Assembly: GCA_022360415.1 (NCBI GenBank) | Contig: JAKSDB010000421.1 | Coordinates: forward strand, 1-34,532 | Length of the DNA: 34,532 bases | Source of the DNA: Chlorobiales bacterium | Lineage (GTDB): Bacteria; Bacteroidota; Chlorobiia; Chlorobiales; Chlorobiaceae | Direction: 5' to 3' | Shown here: positions 1 through 7,924 of the stretch, one piece after another | Numbering within the stretch: position 1 is the first letter of the stretch | Layout of the letters: every line of letters begins with the position of its first letter | The notes under the pieces: generated by a model | Databases searched by the model: none | What the model saw: the letters and a program-made list of their open reading frames with translations, nothing else | What the model was told of the DNA's origin: nothing | Made by a program: the position numbers and the translations under genes

Positions 1-1
1 C

Positions 2-472
2 AGCCTTACCTCGGCCATCGGTATGGTTGGCAAGGAGTTCCCCGACCCCATAGGTCAGGAATTCAAAACCGTCTCCGATGAAATGGCTTTCGGCATCCCA
101 TTCAAAGACGCGATCGGCCAGCTCGCCGATCGCGTTAAAAGCAATGACGTCAGTTTCTTTGTCATCTCGCTCATGATCCAGCACGAAGCCGGCGGCAACC
201 TCACCGAACTACTCGACGGGCTGGCCACAACCATACGCAAACGCTTCAAACTGCGCGGAAAAATTCGCACGCTCTCAGCCGAAGGACGCTTATCTGCCTG
301 GTTGCTGGGCAGTATGCCATTTGTGCTCACCGGTGTCATCATGATCCTGAATCCCGACTATATTTCGGAGCTCTGGACCAGTCCCCTGGGCCAGAAATTC
401 ATCCTCATCGGCAGTGGGCTCATGGCCGCAGGCATCTTTGTGCTCAGCCGCATCATTCAGATCAAGGTTTAA
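2..472 (+). CDS. tadB: Tad pilus assembly protein TadB (T2SS F family), 5'-truncated by the window edge
   Basis: Frame is open from position 2. Motifs IQHEAGGNLTELLDGLATTIRKRFKLRGKIRTLSAEGRLSAWLL, C-terminal TM helices and an IIQIKV end are typical of TadB. Confidence 0.9.
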   Translation, partial: SLTSAIGMVGKEFPDPIGQEFKTVSDEMAFGIPFKDAIGQLADRVKSNDVSFFVISLMIQHEAGGNLTELLDGLATTIRKRFKLRGKIRTLSAEGRLSAWLLGSMPFVLTGVIMILNPDYISELWTSPLGQKFILIGSGLMAAGIFVLSRIIQIKV

Positions 473-489
473 CCCCAGCCACACCCACC

Positions 490-1431
490 ATGCAAGACAT
501 CCTGCAAATCCTGACTATCGTGCTCTCCGGGGCTGCTGTCACCTCTGTTGTGCTCGCATTGTACAATTGGGCGGTCGACAACAGCGCCCTTAAAAAACGT
601 TTCACCCAAATCGTTCGCCAAGGCGGGGACCCGGCCGACATCTCCTTGTCCAGGACTGCCAACACCCGCAAAGTAGCTCCCGTCATCGACATTCTTTCAA
701 AACTCTCGATCCCGGAAGAAGGGTGGCAAAGCTCCAGCGTTCAGATCAAGTTTTTGCAAGCCGGCATTCGCAATAAAAACGCACCTCAGTACTACTATGC
801 CGTTAAAACCCTTCTCACACTGGTGCTGTCGGTGGCGCTGGCGTTGTTTCTGTATTTATCCAAGTCCCAGCTCCCCTTCACTCATACCATGCTCTTTGTG
901 CTGCTCACAGCCGCCGCAGGATACTACCTGCCCGAAATCCTGCTGTACTTTATCACCCGAAAACGTGTCGAACGCATGCGCAACGGCCTACCCGACATGA
1001 TCGACCTCATGGTCATCTGCACCGAAGCGGGCATGGGTATCGACGCCGCCATTACGCGCATATCCCGCGAAATGGCCCGCACCAATCCCGAACTGGCCCA
1101 AGAGTTTTACCTCACAGTCCTCGAAATGCGTGCCGGCGCCAGCCGCCTCGAAGCCTTGCGCAACCTGGCACTGCGCTCACGCCTCGGTGACCTGGAAGAC
1201 CTCGTCTCCATGCTCGTACAGGCCGACAAATTCGGCACCGGCTTGGCCGACTCGTTGCGCGTGCATTCGGACGTGATGCGCTCACGCCGCACCCAGCGCG
1301 CCGAAGAGCTTGCCGCCAAAATCCCCGTCAAAATGACGCTGCCGCTCGGCTTGTTCATTTTCCCGGCACTCTTTATAGTTCTGCTGGGACCTGCCGTCAT
1401 TAAGATGATCCAAGTCTTCTCCAATAGATAA
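490..1431 (+). CDS. tadC: Tad pilus assembly protein TadC (T2SS F family)
   Basis: LPDMIDLMVICTEAGMGIDAAI, QADKFGTGLADSLRV and RAEELAAKIPVKMTLPLGLFIFPALFIVLLGPA; directly follows tadB. Confidence 0.92.
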   Translation: MQDILQILTIVLSGAAVTSVVLALYNWAVDNSALKKRFTQIVRQGGDPADISLSRTANTRKVAPVIDILSKLSIPEEGWQSSSVQIKFLQAGIRNKNAPQYYYAVKTLLTLVLSVALALFLYLSKSQLPFTHTMLFVLLTAAAGYYLPEILLYFITRKRVERMRNGLPDMIDLMVICTEAGMGIDAAITRISREMARTNPELAQEFYLTVLEMRAGASRLEALRNLALRSRLGDLEDLVSMLVQADKFGTGLADSLRVHSDVMRSRRTQRAEELAAKIPVKMTLPLGLFIFPALFIVLLGPAVIKMIQVFSNR

Positions 1432-1440
1432 GCCCAAGCC

Positions 1441-2145
1441 ATGAGCCTCAGCTATATGTTGCGTGTCCTCTGGGCACACTGGCCATGGTGGCTGGCCGGT
1501 GCGTGTGTAGGCCTGTGCCTGGTGCCCCTGGGCCGCTTCATCCCACACAAGGTTTTGCAGCGCGCCCAGGCCCCCCTGCATGCCTGGCAGGGCCCCGGCG
1601 GCGGCCTGGAGCAGTCCGTTCCACTTGCCAGGCGCATGTGGGTGCCTGTGGTCAACGCCTGTTTGTGGGCCTATGCGGCCGACACTGCCAGTTCCCCGGT
1701 ATTCTGGGCGGTACTGCTATGGGCCGGTTTGGCCAGCACTCTGGTGCTGCTCGCCCTCATTGACTGGGACACCACCCTGTTGCCGGACTGGATTGTCCTG
1801 CCGCTGGGGCTTGCGGGCCTCGTCAGCAGTTATGCCGGGTTTACTGCGCACAGCCTGCTCGTCAGTGCAGCGTCTGCAGCCGCAGTGCTGGGGCTTCTGG
1901 GTGGGCTTGCCTGGGTGTTCCGGCGCATCAAAGGCGAGAGTGGTATTGGCGGTGGTGACCTCAAACTACTGGCCGCACTGGCCACCTGGTGGGGCGTTGT
2001 CGACGTGCTTTACGTCGTGTTGTGGGCCAGTCTGGTTACCGTGGTCTGGAATTTGGTGTGGCGCCGTTACAAAGGCCTCGGCAGCCAAGCCGAATGGCCG
2101 TTTGGCCCAGCCATTGTGGTTGCTGCACTGGTATGGGGATTGTAG
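1441..2145 (+). CDS. Prepilin peptidase, peptidase family A24
   Basis: Polytopic membrane protein with both catalytic Asp motifs (LIDWDTTLLPD; GIGGGDLKLLAAL) and a C-terminal PFGPAI. It lacks the N-terminal CxxC zinc domain of PilD. Confidence 0.88.
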   Translation: MSLSYMLRVLWAHWPWWLAGACVGLCLVPLGRFIPHKVLQRAQAPLHAWQGPGGGLEQSVPLARRMWVPVVNACLWAYAADTASSPVFWAVLLWAGLASTLVLLALIDWDTTLLPDWIVLPLGLAGLVSSYAGFTAHSLLVSAASAAAVLGLLGGLAWVFRRIKGESGIGGGDLKLLAALATWWGVVDVLYVVLWASLVTVVWNLVWRRYKGLGSQAEWPFGPAIVVAALVWGL

Positions 2146-2186
2146 GTTTCCTTCAGGACGGCGATGATCAAGACATACCAAATTTA

Positions 2187-2328
2187 GGGCACCTCTATTA
2201 ATTTACTGCGCACCATGATTACTTCGTTGATCGGTGCTCGAAATCCTCATGTACTCCGTGTACACTCCGGTTTCTGCGCTCCGTTCGCCTCATACTCAAG
2301 GCGCTCGCGACAATTTATAGAGGTGCCC
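2187..2328. mobile_element. MITE-like non-autonomous element, 142 bp
   Basis: 17-bp terminal inverted repeats GGGCACCTCTATTAATT (2187-2203) and AATTTATAGAGGTGCCC (2312-2328) with one mismatch; flanked by TTTA direct repeats (2183-2186, 2329-2332); internal hairpin TGTAC-tccgt-GTACA; no ORF. Confidence 0.75.
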
Positions 2329-2329
2329 T

Positions 2330-3433
2330 TTATTCTATCAACTTAATTCTTCTTCCCCCTGATCCGGAAACAGAAGAGGCGTCAACAGTAACATTTGAAC
2401 CGTCTATCTTAAAGACATGAGAGACAATCCTTCCGTTTACTGTTACAGCACTATTGCCGTTATCAATCTGTACTTCATCTTTCGGCGAGTACAGAGTGCC
2501 ATTAACTACAACACCGCCCTCATCTATTTTGATATCTTTTCGCTCTGAATAAAGCAAGTCTCCATTGAACGTAACGTTTGGTGCTTCAATCTTTATTCTT
2601 CCTTTAGCAATTATGGAATGTGATAGAGTTACACCCGCTGCATCTTCCTTTATCTTTACATCTCCTGTAACATATATTGGTCCATCAGGCAGGGCGTCTA
2701 CATCTGATTGTGATTCAATTTTCAAACTTCCATTTATTGTCTGTGCCGCAGCCCTTTCAGTATCAACTAAACCAGGATCAAGCCCGATACTTGCCGCAAA
2801 ATCAGCAAGAGAGATATAATCCGCACTATCATCAAGATCTGGTATATCTATATTTCTTCCATCAAGTACAGAACCCTTTACTGCTGTCACTGCACCTTCA
2901 ACTGAAATATTCCGACCATCTGCCACAAATCTGTGATTTGTGTGAGCTCCACCTATGACAGTAATATTTCTGCCATCTATTATCAGCGGTTCACAACTAC
3001 TACCTGAGAATATAGCAGGACCTGAAGGGCCCGTAGTAATTTTCTCGGCAACCGCACGGGCGGGAACATCTGTTTCTGTATTGCCCCATATCGATGCGAA
3101 GAAATGCGGTACATTCTCTGCTGTAACAACAACCTGGATCTTCGTGTCATCTCCATTATAGGGTGTCGTTACTGTTATATTCGATCTTTCTGCCCCATTT
3201 AATTCGGCAAAATCTTTTGCTTTGCTTATCGCATTGCCTGCATTCGGCAAGTCCTGTGCACCCGCTAGCGCTCCAGCATCCGCAGCATTCTGCATTTCCG
3301 CTTTTTTCAAATGGACCATGGCTACATCTGCGGACAAAGCAGCAAAGCCCAGTAAAAACGCCATCGATAAAGCAAAGAGCACTGATACTGCTCCATCTTC
3401 ATTTTTTAACATCTGTTTTGCTAACCTTTTCAT
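2330..3433 (-). CDS. TadG/TadE-related pilus protein: N-terminal Tad domain plus C-terminal beta-helix-like repeat region
   Basis: NEDG|AVSVLFAL prepilin-like site plus TM helix; Tad motif EMQNAADAGALAGA; ARAVA motif; repeated DGRNI units; IKLIE end; strong SD AAGGGAGG upstream. Confidence 0.8.
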   Translation of the reverse strand: MKRLAKQMLKNEDGAVSVLFALSMAFLLGFAALSADVAMVHLKKAEMQNAADAGALAGAQDLPNAGNAISKAKDFAELNGAERSNITVTTPYNGDDTKIQVVVTAENVPHFFASIWGNTETDVPARAVAEKITTGPSGPAIFSGSSCEPLIIDGRNITVIGGAHTNHRFVADGRNISVEGAVTAVKGSVLDGRNIDIPDLDDSADYISLADFAASIGLDPGLVDTERAAAQTINGSLKIESQSDVDALPDGPIYVTGDVKIKEDAAGVTLSHSIIAKGRIKIEAPNVTFNGDLLYSERKDIKIDEGGVVVNGTLYSPKDEVQIDNGNSAVTVNGRIVSHVFKIDGSNVTVDASSVSGSGGRRIKLIE

Positions 3434-3783
3434 TCCAATTCCTCCCTTACAAGAAATTTTTTCAAATTAATTGTCCGGCAGTTAACAAAATCCTTTTGTT
3501 GCATATGCGTTATTTTAAGCCTAGACAGAATATAAATATACTAATAAATCAGTTAAATCTTTGTTGACCGGAAGGGGTTACTTCTGATAGCCCGAATGTT
3601 GCCGTCATTTTTATTTACATGATACCCATACCTGTACCGGACGCATTCCTTGCTTGCGTAACTTATCCTTATGCTTCTTTACCCTTTCCATAAATCCTGA
3701 CATGTCTTTAACCGAACAAAGACATAAAGACTAATAAAGCGCTTTTTTGCCTTACTGAACAACGCCCTCTCTTCCTGTTTGCC

Positions 3784-5955
3784 TTACGCTGATGATTTCA
3801 GTGGTGATGCATCGGCCTCTTCCCGCTCTTCATCAGAAAGTGCTATCAATCCTTGTTTAAAAAGCTGGATGAGCATGAATGTAGAGGCCTTTTGAATTGA
3901 AACGCCATTGATCTGCGTTCGTTTTTGTGAGAACAAGGAGATGACTTCGCTGATCGAGCGCATTCCGTTACATAAATCAAGGATTTCTTTTGATAGGGTA
4001 CTGAGTTGCCTGACGTGAATTTTTATGTCTCCATGCTCAATCTCCTTGAAGGCAATCGTGACTTTTTTTTGTTTGACAATATTGAGATCCTCTTTTTTGC
4101 GAAGGCAGTCGAGAAGTTTTTTGTAGTCTATATTCAATTCGGTGATAAAGACACTATCGGGTACGTATGGATAGGAGGAAAGAGAAAAAAGGTGACTGGC
4201 AGACGAGTTTTTTGTATCACATGCATTGTTATGCGTTTTGTTCGATTCAGTGCCTGATTCTGTCGCTTCGTCTGTATTTGCAGGGGCGTCTTTGTATGGG
4301 TGGAAAAAACCTTCGGTTTTGGTGAGTTCTGAAATGATAGCTTGATGAGAAGATAGCCGGGGAATATAGAATTCGTTGATGAAATCAAGAAAGTTATCGG
4401 CGAACTGTCTGTGGCAATAATAGGGTATTTCGTCGTCTATTGTTTCCTGAATATCTTTTTCAACACACCATTCTATCCAATGACGGCTGATTTTGAGCAT
4501 GTTGGCGGACTCCTGCTGCATGGCTACCGGCAGCCAGCGAAACCAGACTTGTAATGCCGTTACGAAATCACGGATTTGCTTGAACTCCTTGCGCTGAATG
4601 TTCGGGTTTGGAATCGAATAGAAGTCAGGAAAAACTTCGGGATGTTGTTCGATAAGGGTCAAGTCCTGATCATCGAAAGTCCACCCCTGGAACGACATTT
4701 CAGAAAAGATCTGGTCGAGCACAAGTTCATTTTTGTGTTTCCTGTAAAGCGGCGAGTCGGCAAGAGGCGCAAGAATACCGAGCTGCGGGTCGGCATTGTC
4801 AAATCGTAGCGAGTCGATAAAGAAGTTTACCGTACTGTTTAATTCTTCATCGGTTTCATCAGGAAAAGCGGTTATGAGCGAGACCGCCGTTTTGATACCC
4901 ATTTTATCGGCATGCGCAATTCTGTCAACGGCATCAGATAAATCAAGCTTCTTGTTGATTGCTTTTTGCATTCTCGTTGATGCACTTTCTATGCCGAAAA
5001 AAATCCCGTTACATCCGGCTTTTGCCATCAAAGAAAGTAAATCATTGTCTACACAGTCGACTCGGGCACTGCATCCCCAATAAAATTTCTCACCCGAGGC
5101 GATAAGTGTTTTGCAAAAAGCGTATACCTTTTCTTTGTCTGCTGCAAACATATCATGATCGAGACCTATATTATCTATCCCGAATCTGCTTTTAATGAAT
5201 CGCATTTGCTCAAGGATTGTTTCAGGGGATTTAAGTCTGAATCTTCTCCCGAAAAAATTACTGGTCGAACAAAAGGTGCAGCTATAGGGGCATCCTCGGC
5301 CGATTTCAAGCGATAGCGTTTTGTAGTTTTCAATATAGGGATCGAGATCATACGCGGGAACAGGAAGGCTGTCAAGGTCTATGACGGCATCTGCATCGGT
5401 ATTGCGAACGATATTGTCACCATTTCTGAAGGTCAGACCTTTAATGTCGTACAGATTCTCGATCTTGTTTTCCTGCATTGACTGCAAGAAAGAAACAAAG
5501 GTATATTCGGCTTCTCCTCTGAAAATGACATCAATCCCGGGAAATGCTTTCATTGTTGCGATATCAGTTGCCGAAGCTTGCGGTCCACCAAGTATTACCA
5601 TGGTGTTTGCATGTCTCTTTTTGTAGAGCATTGCCAGTCTGAGTGTCAAAGGGTATGAGCTGCAAATGGTGCTGAAGCCGATGATATCCGGCGAGGTCGT
5701 ACAGGTTTCGATATAATCTATGACAACATCTATAAACGTGTTTTTATTATTTGTTTTTTTTTCTTTGACGTATTCAATAAAAAGTTTGTTGAGATTGATA
5801 ATGGTGGTACCAATATTTTTGCACTCGCTCTGTGTTATCGACGCTAACCCGAGAACTCCAAGAGGGGCAGATATCTCTATTTGTTCTGAATCCCTTGCTG
5901 GCTCAGATGATCCTAAATCACTGATTGTAAGGGCGTTTATCAGGCAAACCTGCAT
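3784..5955 (-). CDS. Cobalamin-binding radical SAM enzyme (class B methyltransferase-like) with C-terminal PqqD/RRE-like domain; putative RiPP maturase
   Basis: B12-binding domain motifs (PLGVLGLAS, DIIGFSTICSSY, ILGGPQAS, RGEAE); CxxxCxxC in GRGCPYSCTFC (about 5269-5292); AGCNGIFFGIES; C-terminal LSTLSKEILDLCNGMRSISEV...LFKQGLI fits the PqqD fold. Start placed at ATG 5955 (MQVCLINA); the ORF track starts at 6024. Confidence 0.85.
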   Translation of the reverse strand: MQVCLINALTISDLGSSEPARDSEQIEISAPLGVLGLASITQSECKNIGTTIINLNKLFIEYVKEKKTNNKNTFIDVVIDYIETCTTSPDIIGFSTICSSYPLTLRLAMLYKKRHANTMVILGGPQASATDIATMKAFPGIDVIFRGEAEYTFVSFLQSMQENKIENLYDIKGLTFRNGDNIVRNTDADAVIDLDSLPVPAYDLDPYIENYKTLSLEIGRGCPYSCTFCSTSNFFGRRFRLKSPETILEQMRFIKSRFGIDNIGLDHDMFAADKEKVYAFCKTLIASGEKFYWGCSARVDCVDNDLLSLMAKAGCNGIFFGIESASTRMQKAINKKLDLSDAVDRIAHADKMGIKTAVSLITAFPDETDEELNSTVNFFIDSLRFDNADPQLGILAPLADSPLYRKHKNELVLDQIFSEMSFQGWTFDDQDLTLIEQHPEVFPDFYSIPNPNIQRKEFKQIRDFVTALQVWFRWLPVAMQQESANMLKISRHWIEWCVEKDIQETIDDEIPYYCHRQFADNFLDFINEFYIPRLSSHQAIISELTKTEGFFHPYKDAPANTDEATESGTESNKTHNNACDTKNSSASHLFSLSSYPYVPDSVFITELNIDYKKLLDCLRKKEDLNIVKQKKVTIAFKEIEHGDIKIHVRQLSTLSKEILDLCNGMRSISEVISLFSQKRTQINGVSIQKASTFMLIQLFKQGLIALSDEEREEADASPLKSSA

Positions 5956-6161
5956 TGTTGGTTCTGTTATTATGATGGAAGTGCAGCAAAGTAATGGAGG
6001 TACCCTTCCCTTATGATGATGCACTGCGTGTGATCCGGTATGGAGGCATATACTGTCCTGCTTCTCAATAAAGCACCATTGGTGGGGGGTGTATTCGGCT
6101 GTCCTTTTAAGGTATTGATGACCTGTGACTCAATATCAGGAGTACACATGAGATCGGCATC

Positions 6162-6200
6162 GGTATTCCGGGTCCTGAAGATATTGATACCCGGAATACC
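6162..6200. terminator. Stem-loop between the precursor-like gene and the rSAM gene (possible attenuator or mRNA stabiliser)
   Basis: Perfect 12-bp inverted repeat GGTATTCCGGGT (6162-6173) / ACCCGGAATACC (6189-6200); no clear U-tract. Confidence 0.5.
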
Positions 6201-6236
6201 TGCATTTGCGTGTGCTTGATTGAGTGAGTGATGAAG

Positions 6237-6575
6237 TTATTGGCCGCGCCACACCTGTTTGATGATGTCGTTCTTTTGGATGCTTTGATATTCCTGAATC
6301 CTGACCCGCTGTTGAATTCTTGAATTTATCCTTCTTACGGCTGCTCTTTCCCCGCTAATGGTATCGAGCAGCTCATTGGCTGTTTCAGCGGTAATTTTTT
6401 TGATTTCATCCTCCGACAAGTCCATTTCGGCAGGGATTTCAATCTGAAGTTCCCGTACTTCTTCGGGTTGTTCTACGACAACTTCTTCTCTTAACTCCTC
6501 AGGCGTAAGGTTCGACTCTTTTTCAATCCTTACTTCTTTGAGTTTTCTCGAGGATTTTTCGTCTTTTCTGGCCAT
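6237..6575 (-). CDS. Putative RiPP precursor peptide, 112 aa
   Basis: Strong SD (TAAGGAGG). Glu-rich leader with DLSEDEIKKI and ELLDTISG, resembling the ELSDEELxxVAGG motif of Nif11/NHLP leaders, then a 37-aa Arg/Gln/Ile-rich tail. Lies directly upstream of an RRE-bearing rSAM on the same strand. Confidence 0.6.
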   Translation of the reverse strand: MARKDEKSSRKLKEVRIEKESNLTPEELREEVVVEQPEEVRELQIEIPAEMDLSEDEIKKITAETANELLDTISGERAAVRRINSRIQQRVRIQEYQSIQKNDIIKQVWRGQ

Positions 6576-6941
6576 GATGCCTCCTTATAATGTTTGTTTG
6601 ACGAAGAACGTATTTGGTAATACAGATACTTAATCAATCCGGCAAGAGCTACTGATCTTCGACCTGCCATGAGCAAGTGCGCTTGCCTTCAGGATATCCT
6701 GCGTGTCAGCCGCGCTCGAATATCGCTGATAAAAAGAAGTACTTCTTGATACAGATGACGATAGGGGGTGAAGATAAATGATGGGCAGCAGCTTATTCGC
6801 TTTTTTTTCGGCACTCACCCTCGCTACCAAGGTAGATAAACGAGTGGAAAAAACAAAATACATACACTTAATCAATGCCTGGGAGATACAAGATTCATGT
6901 CTAAAAATTCACAAAAAAAACGATTATTTATCCAACAGCCC

Positions 6942-6971
6942 TTGCATTTACCCAAGCGATGCGTATATATT
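6942..6971 (+). promoter_or_regulatory. Candidate sigma70-type promoter of the eCIS operon
   Basis: TTGCAT (6942-6947), 18-bp spacer, TATATT (6966-6971); A-rich tract upstream. Confidence 0.45.
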
Positions 6972-6982
6972 GAGTAAGGGTG

Positions 6983-7075
6983 CAGTTCCCAAGCAGTACC
7001 TTCAGTTCCCTGCTGAAACCTCAGTATCCCAAGCAGTTCCCCAGTAGTTCCCGGTTTTATTCGAAGTATCCAGTC
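6983..7075 (+). repeat. Cluster of short degenerate direct repeats (CAGTTCCC / CAGTATCCC / CCCAAGCAGT) in the predicted eCIS 5' leader
   Basis: CAGTTCCC at 6983, 7003 and 7034; CAGTACC at 6994; CAGTATCCC at 7022; TAGTTCCC at 7045; AAGTATCC at 7064; CCCAAGCAGT at 6988 and 7028. Confidence 0.65.
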
Positions 7076-7184
7076 GTATTCAAGGGATTTTTCCTGTGGC
7101 TTATTGCGAATAGCACCCGGAGAAACCTGTCTATAACAAAACAGCATGTAAGTACAGCTATGTAGCACCTCTTGAACATGCCTT

Positions 7185-7826
7185 ATGATTTCTCACGCAT
7201 TGACAATAGTTCTCAACGAGCTCAACCACCATATCGAAAGCAGCTATGGCCCTTCAGCCCTTCCCCAGCCCGCAGCACTGGGCAATATCGCTGAAGGATT
7301 TCCAGGGACATCCAACGGAAGCGGGCTATCGAGAAACATGCTCTACTTTTCGGTTGTCCATATCATGGAGGAAAAAGCCCTGAAAAATCAGCCTAATTAT
7401 GTCATCAACAACGATGACAAAACCGCTTTATATCAAAATCCCCCCGTCTGTCTGAATTTCACCGTTCTTGTAACGGCGACCCATACCATCTATAGCGACG
7501 CTCTGCTCATGCTTTCGAGAACAATCAGGTTTTTCCAGTTTAAAAATGTGTTCACACCTGAAACCGTTGCACCGTCTTCTCTTACCCTCAACGCTCCGAA
7601 CAACGCCCTCGACCAACTTGAAACCTTCAAACTGGTTTTTGAGCTGTTTTCGGCTTCTATGGAAGAGATTCACCACTTATGGGGCACACTGGGCGGGAAG
7701 CAATATCCATTTGTACTCTATCGTTTCAGGGCACTTGATCTGAAATTCAGAACGGAACCTGAATCAGCACCGCTGATCTCGGAAGTCATCAATAACACGA
7801 AATATTTTTCATCAACAGACAAGTAG
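7185..7826 (+). CDS. DUF4255 / Afp16-Pvc16-like eCIS tail terminator (cap) protein
   Basis: MISHAL start; NPPVCLNFTV, IRFFQFKNVFT and HHLWGTLGGKQYPFVLY motifs; first gene of the eCIS operon. Confidence 0.85.
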   Translation: MISHALTIVLNELNHHIESSYGPSALPQPAALGNIAEGFPGTSNGSGLSRNMLYFSVVHIMEEKALKNQPNYVINNDDKTALYQNPPVCLNFTVLVTATHTIYSDALLMLSRTIRFFQFKNVFTPETVAPSSLTLNAPNNALDQLETFKLVFELFSASMEEIHHLWGTLGGKQYPFVLYRFRALDLKFRTEPESAPLISEVINNTKYFSSTDK

Positions 7827-7924
7827 CAGAATGATGACACATCAGACCTGACGGCAAATCAGCCGGCAATGAATCCATGCTCAAGATTTCTTAACTGCAT
7901 TCCTCAAACTAAACGGGAACCATC

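Noticed and set aside
3434-3783. Riboswitch (c-di-GMP or cobalamin) upstream of the TadG-like gene
   Set aside because: Reading the minus strand I found only small hairpins (e.g. AACAAAA-gga-TTTTGTT) and no recognisable conserved core. An Infernal/Rfam scan would settle it.
5956-6024. His/Cys-containing N-terminal extension (MHHHKGRVPPLLCC) of the rSAM
   Set aside because: Likely a longest-ORF artefact from a GTG start. The B12-binding domain begins naturally at MQVCLINA (ATG 5955).
6983-7075. CRISPR array
   Set aside because: Repeats are only 7-10 bp, degenerate and irregularly spaced, with no spacer-length unique segments and no cas genes.
6630-7168. Short ORFs in the divergent intergenic region (6630-6875, 6778-7047, 6872-7168, 6980-7165)
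   Set aside because: They overlap each other, lack convincing RBS or motifs, and cover the likely promoter and repeat leader.
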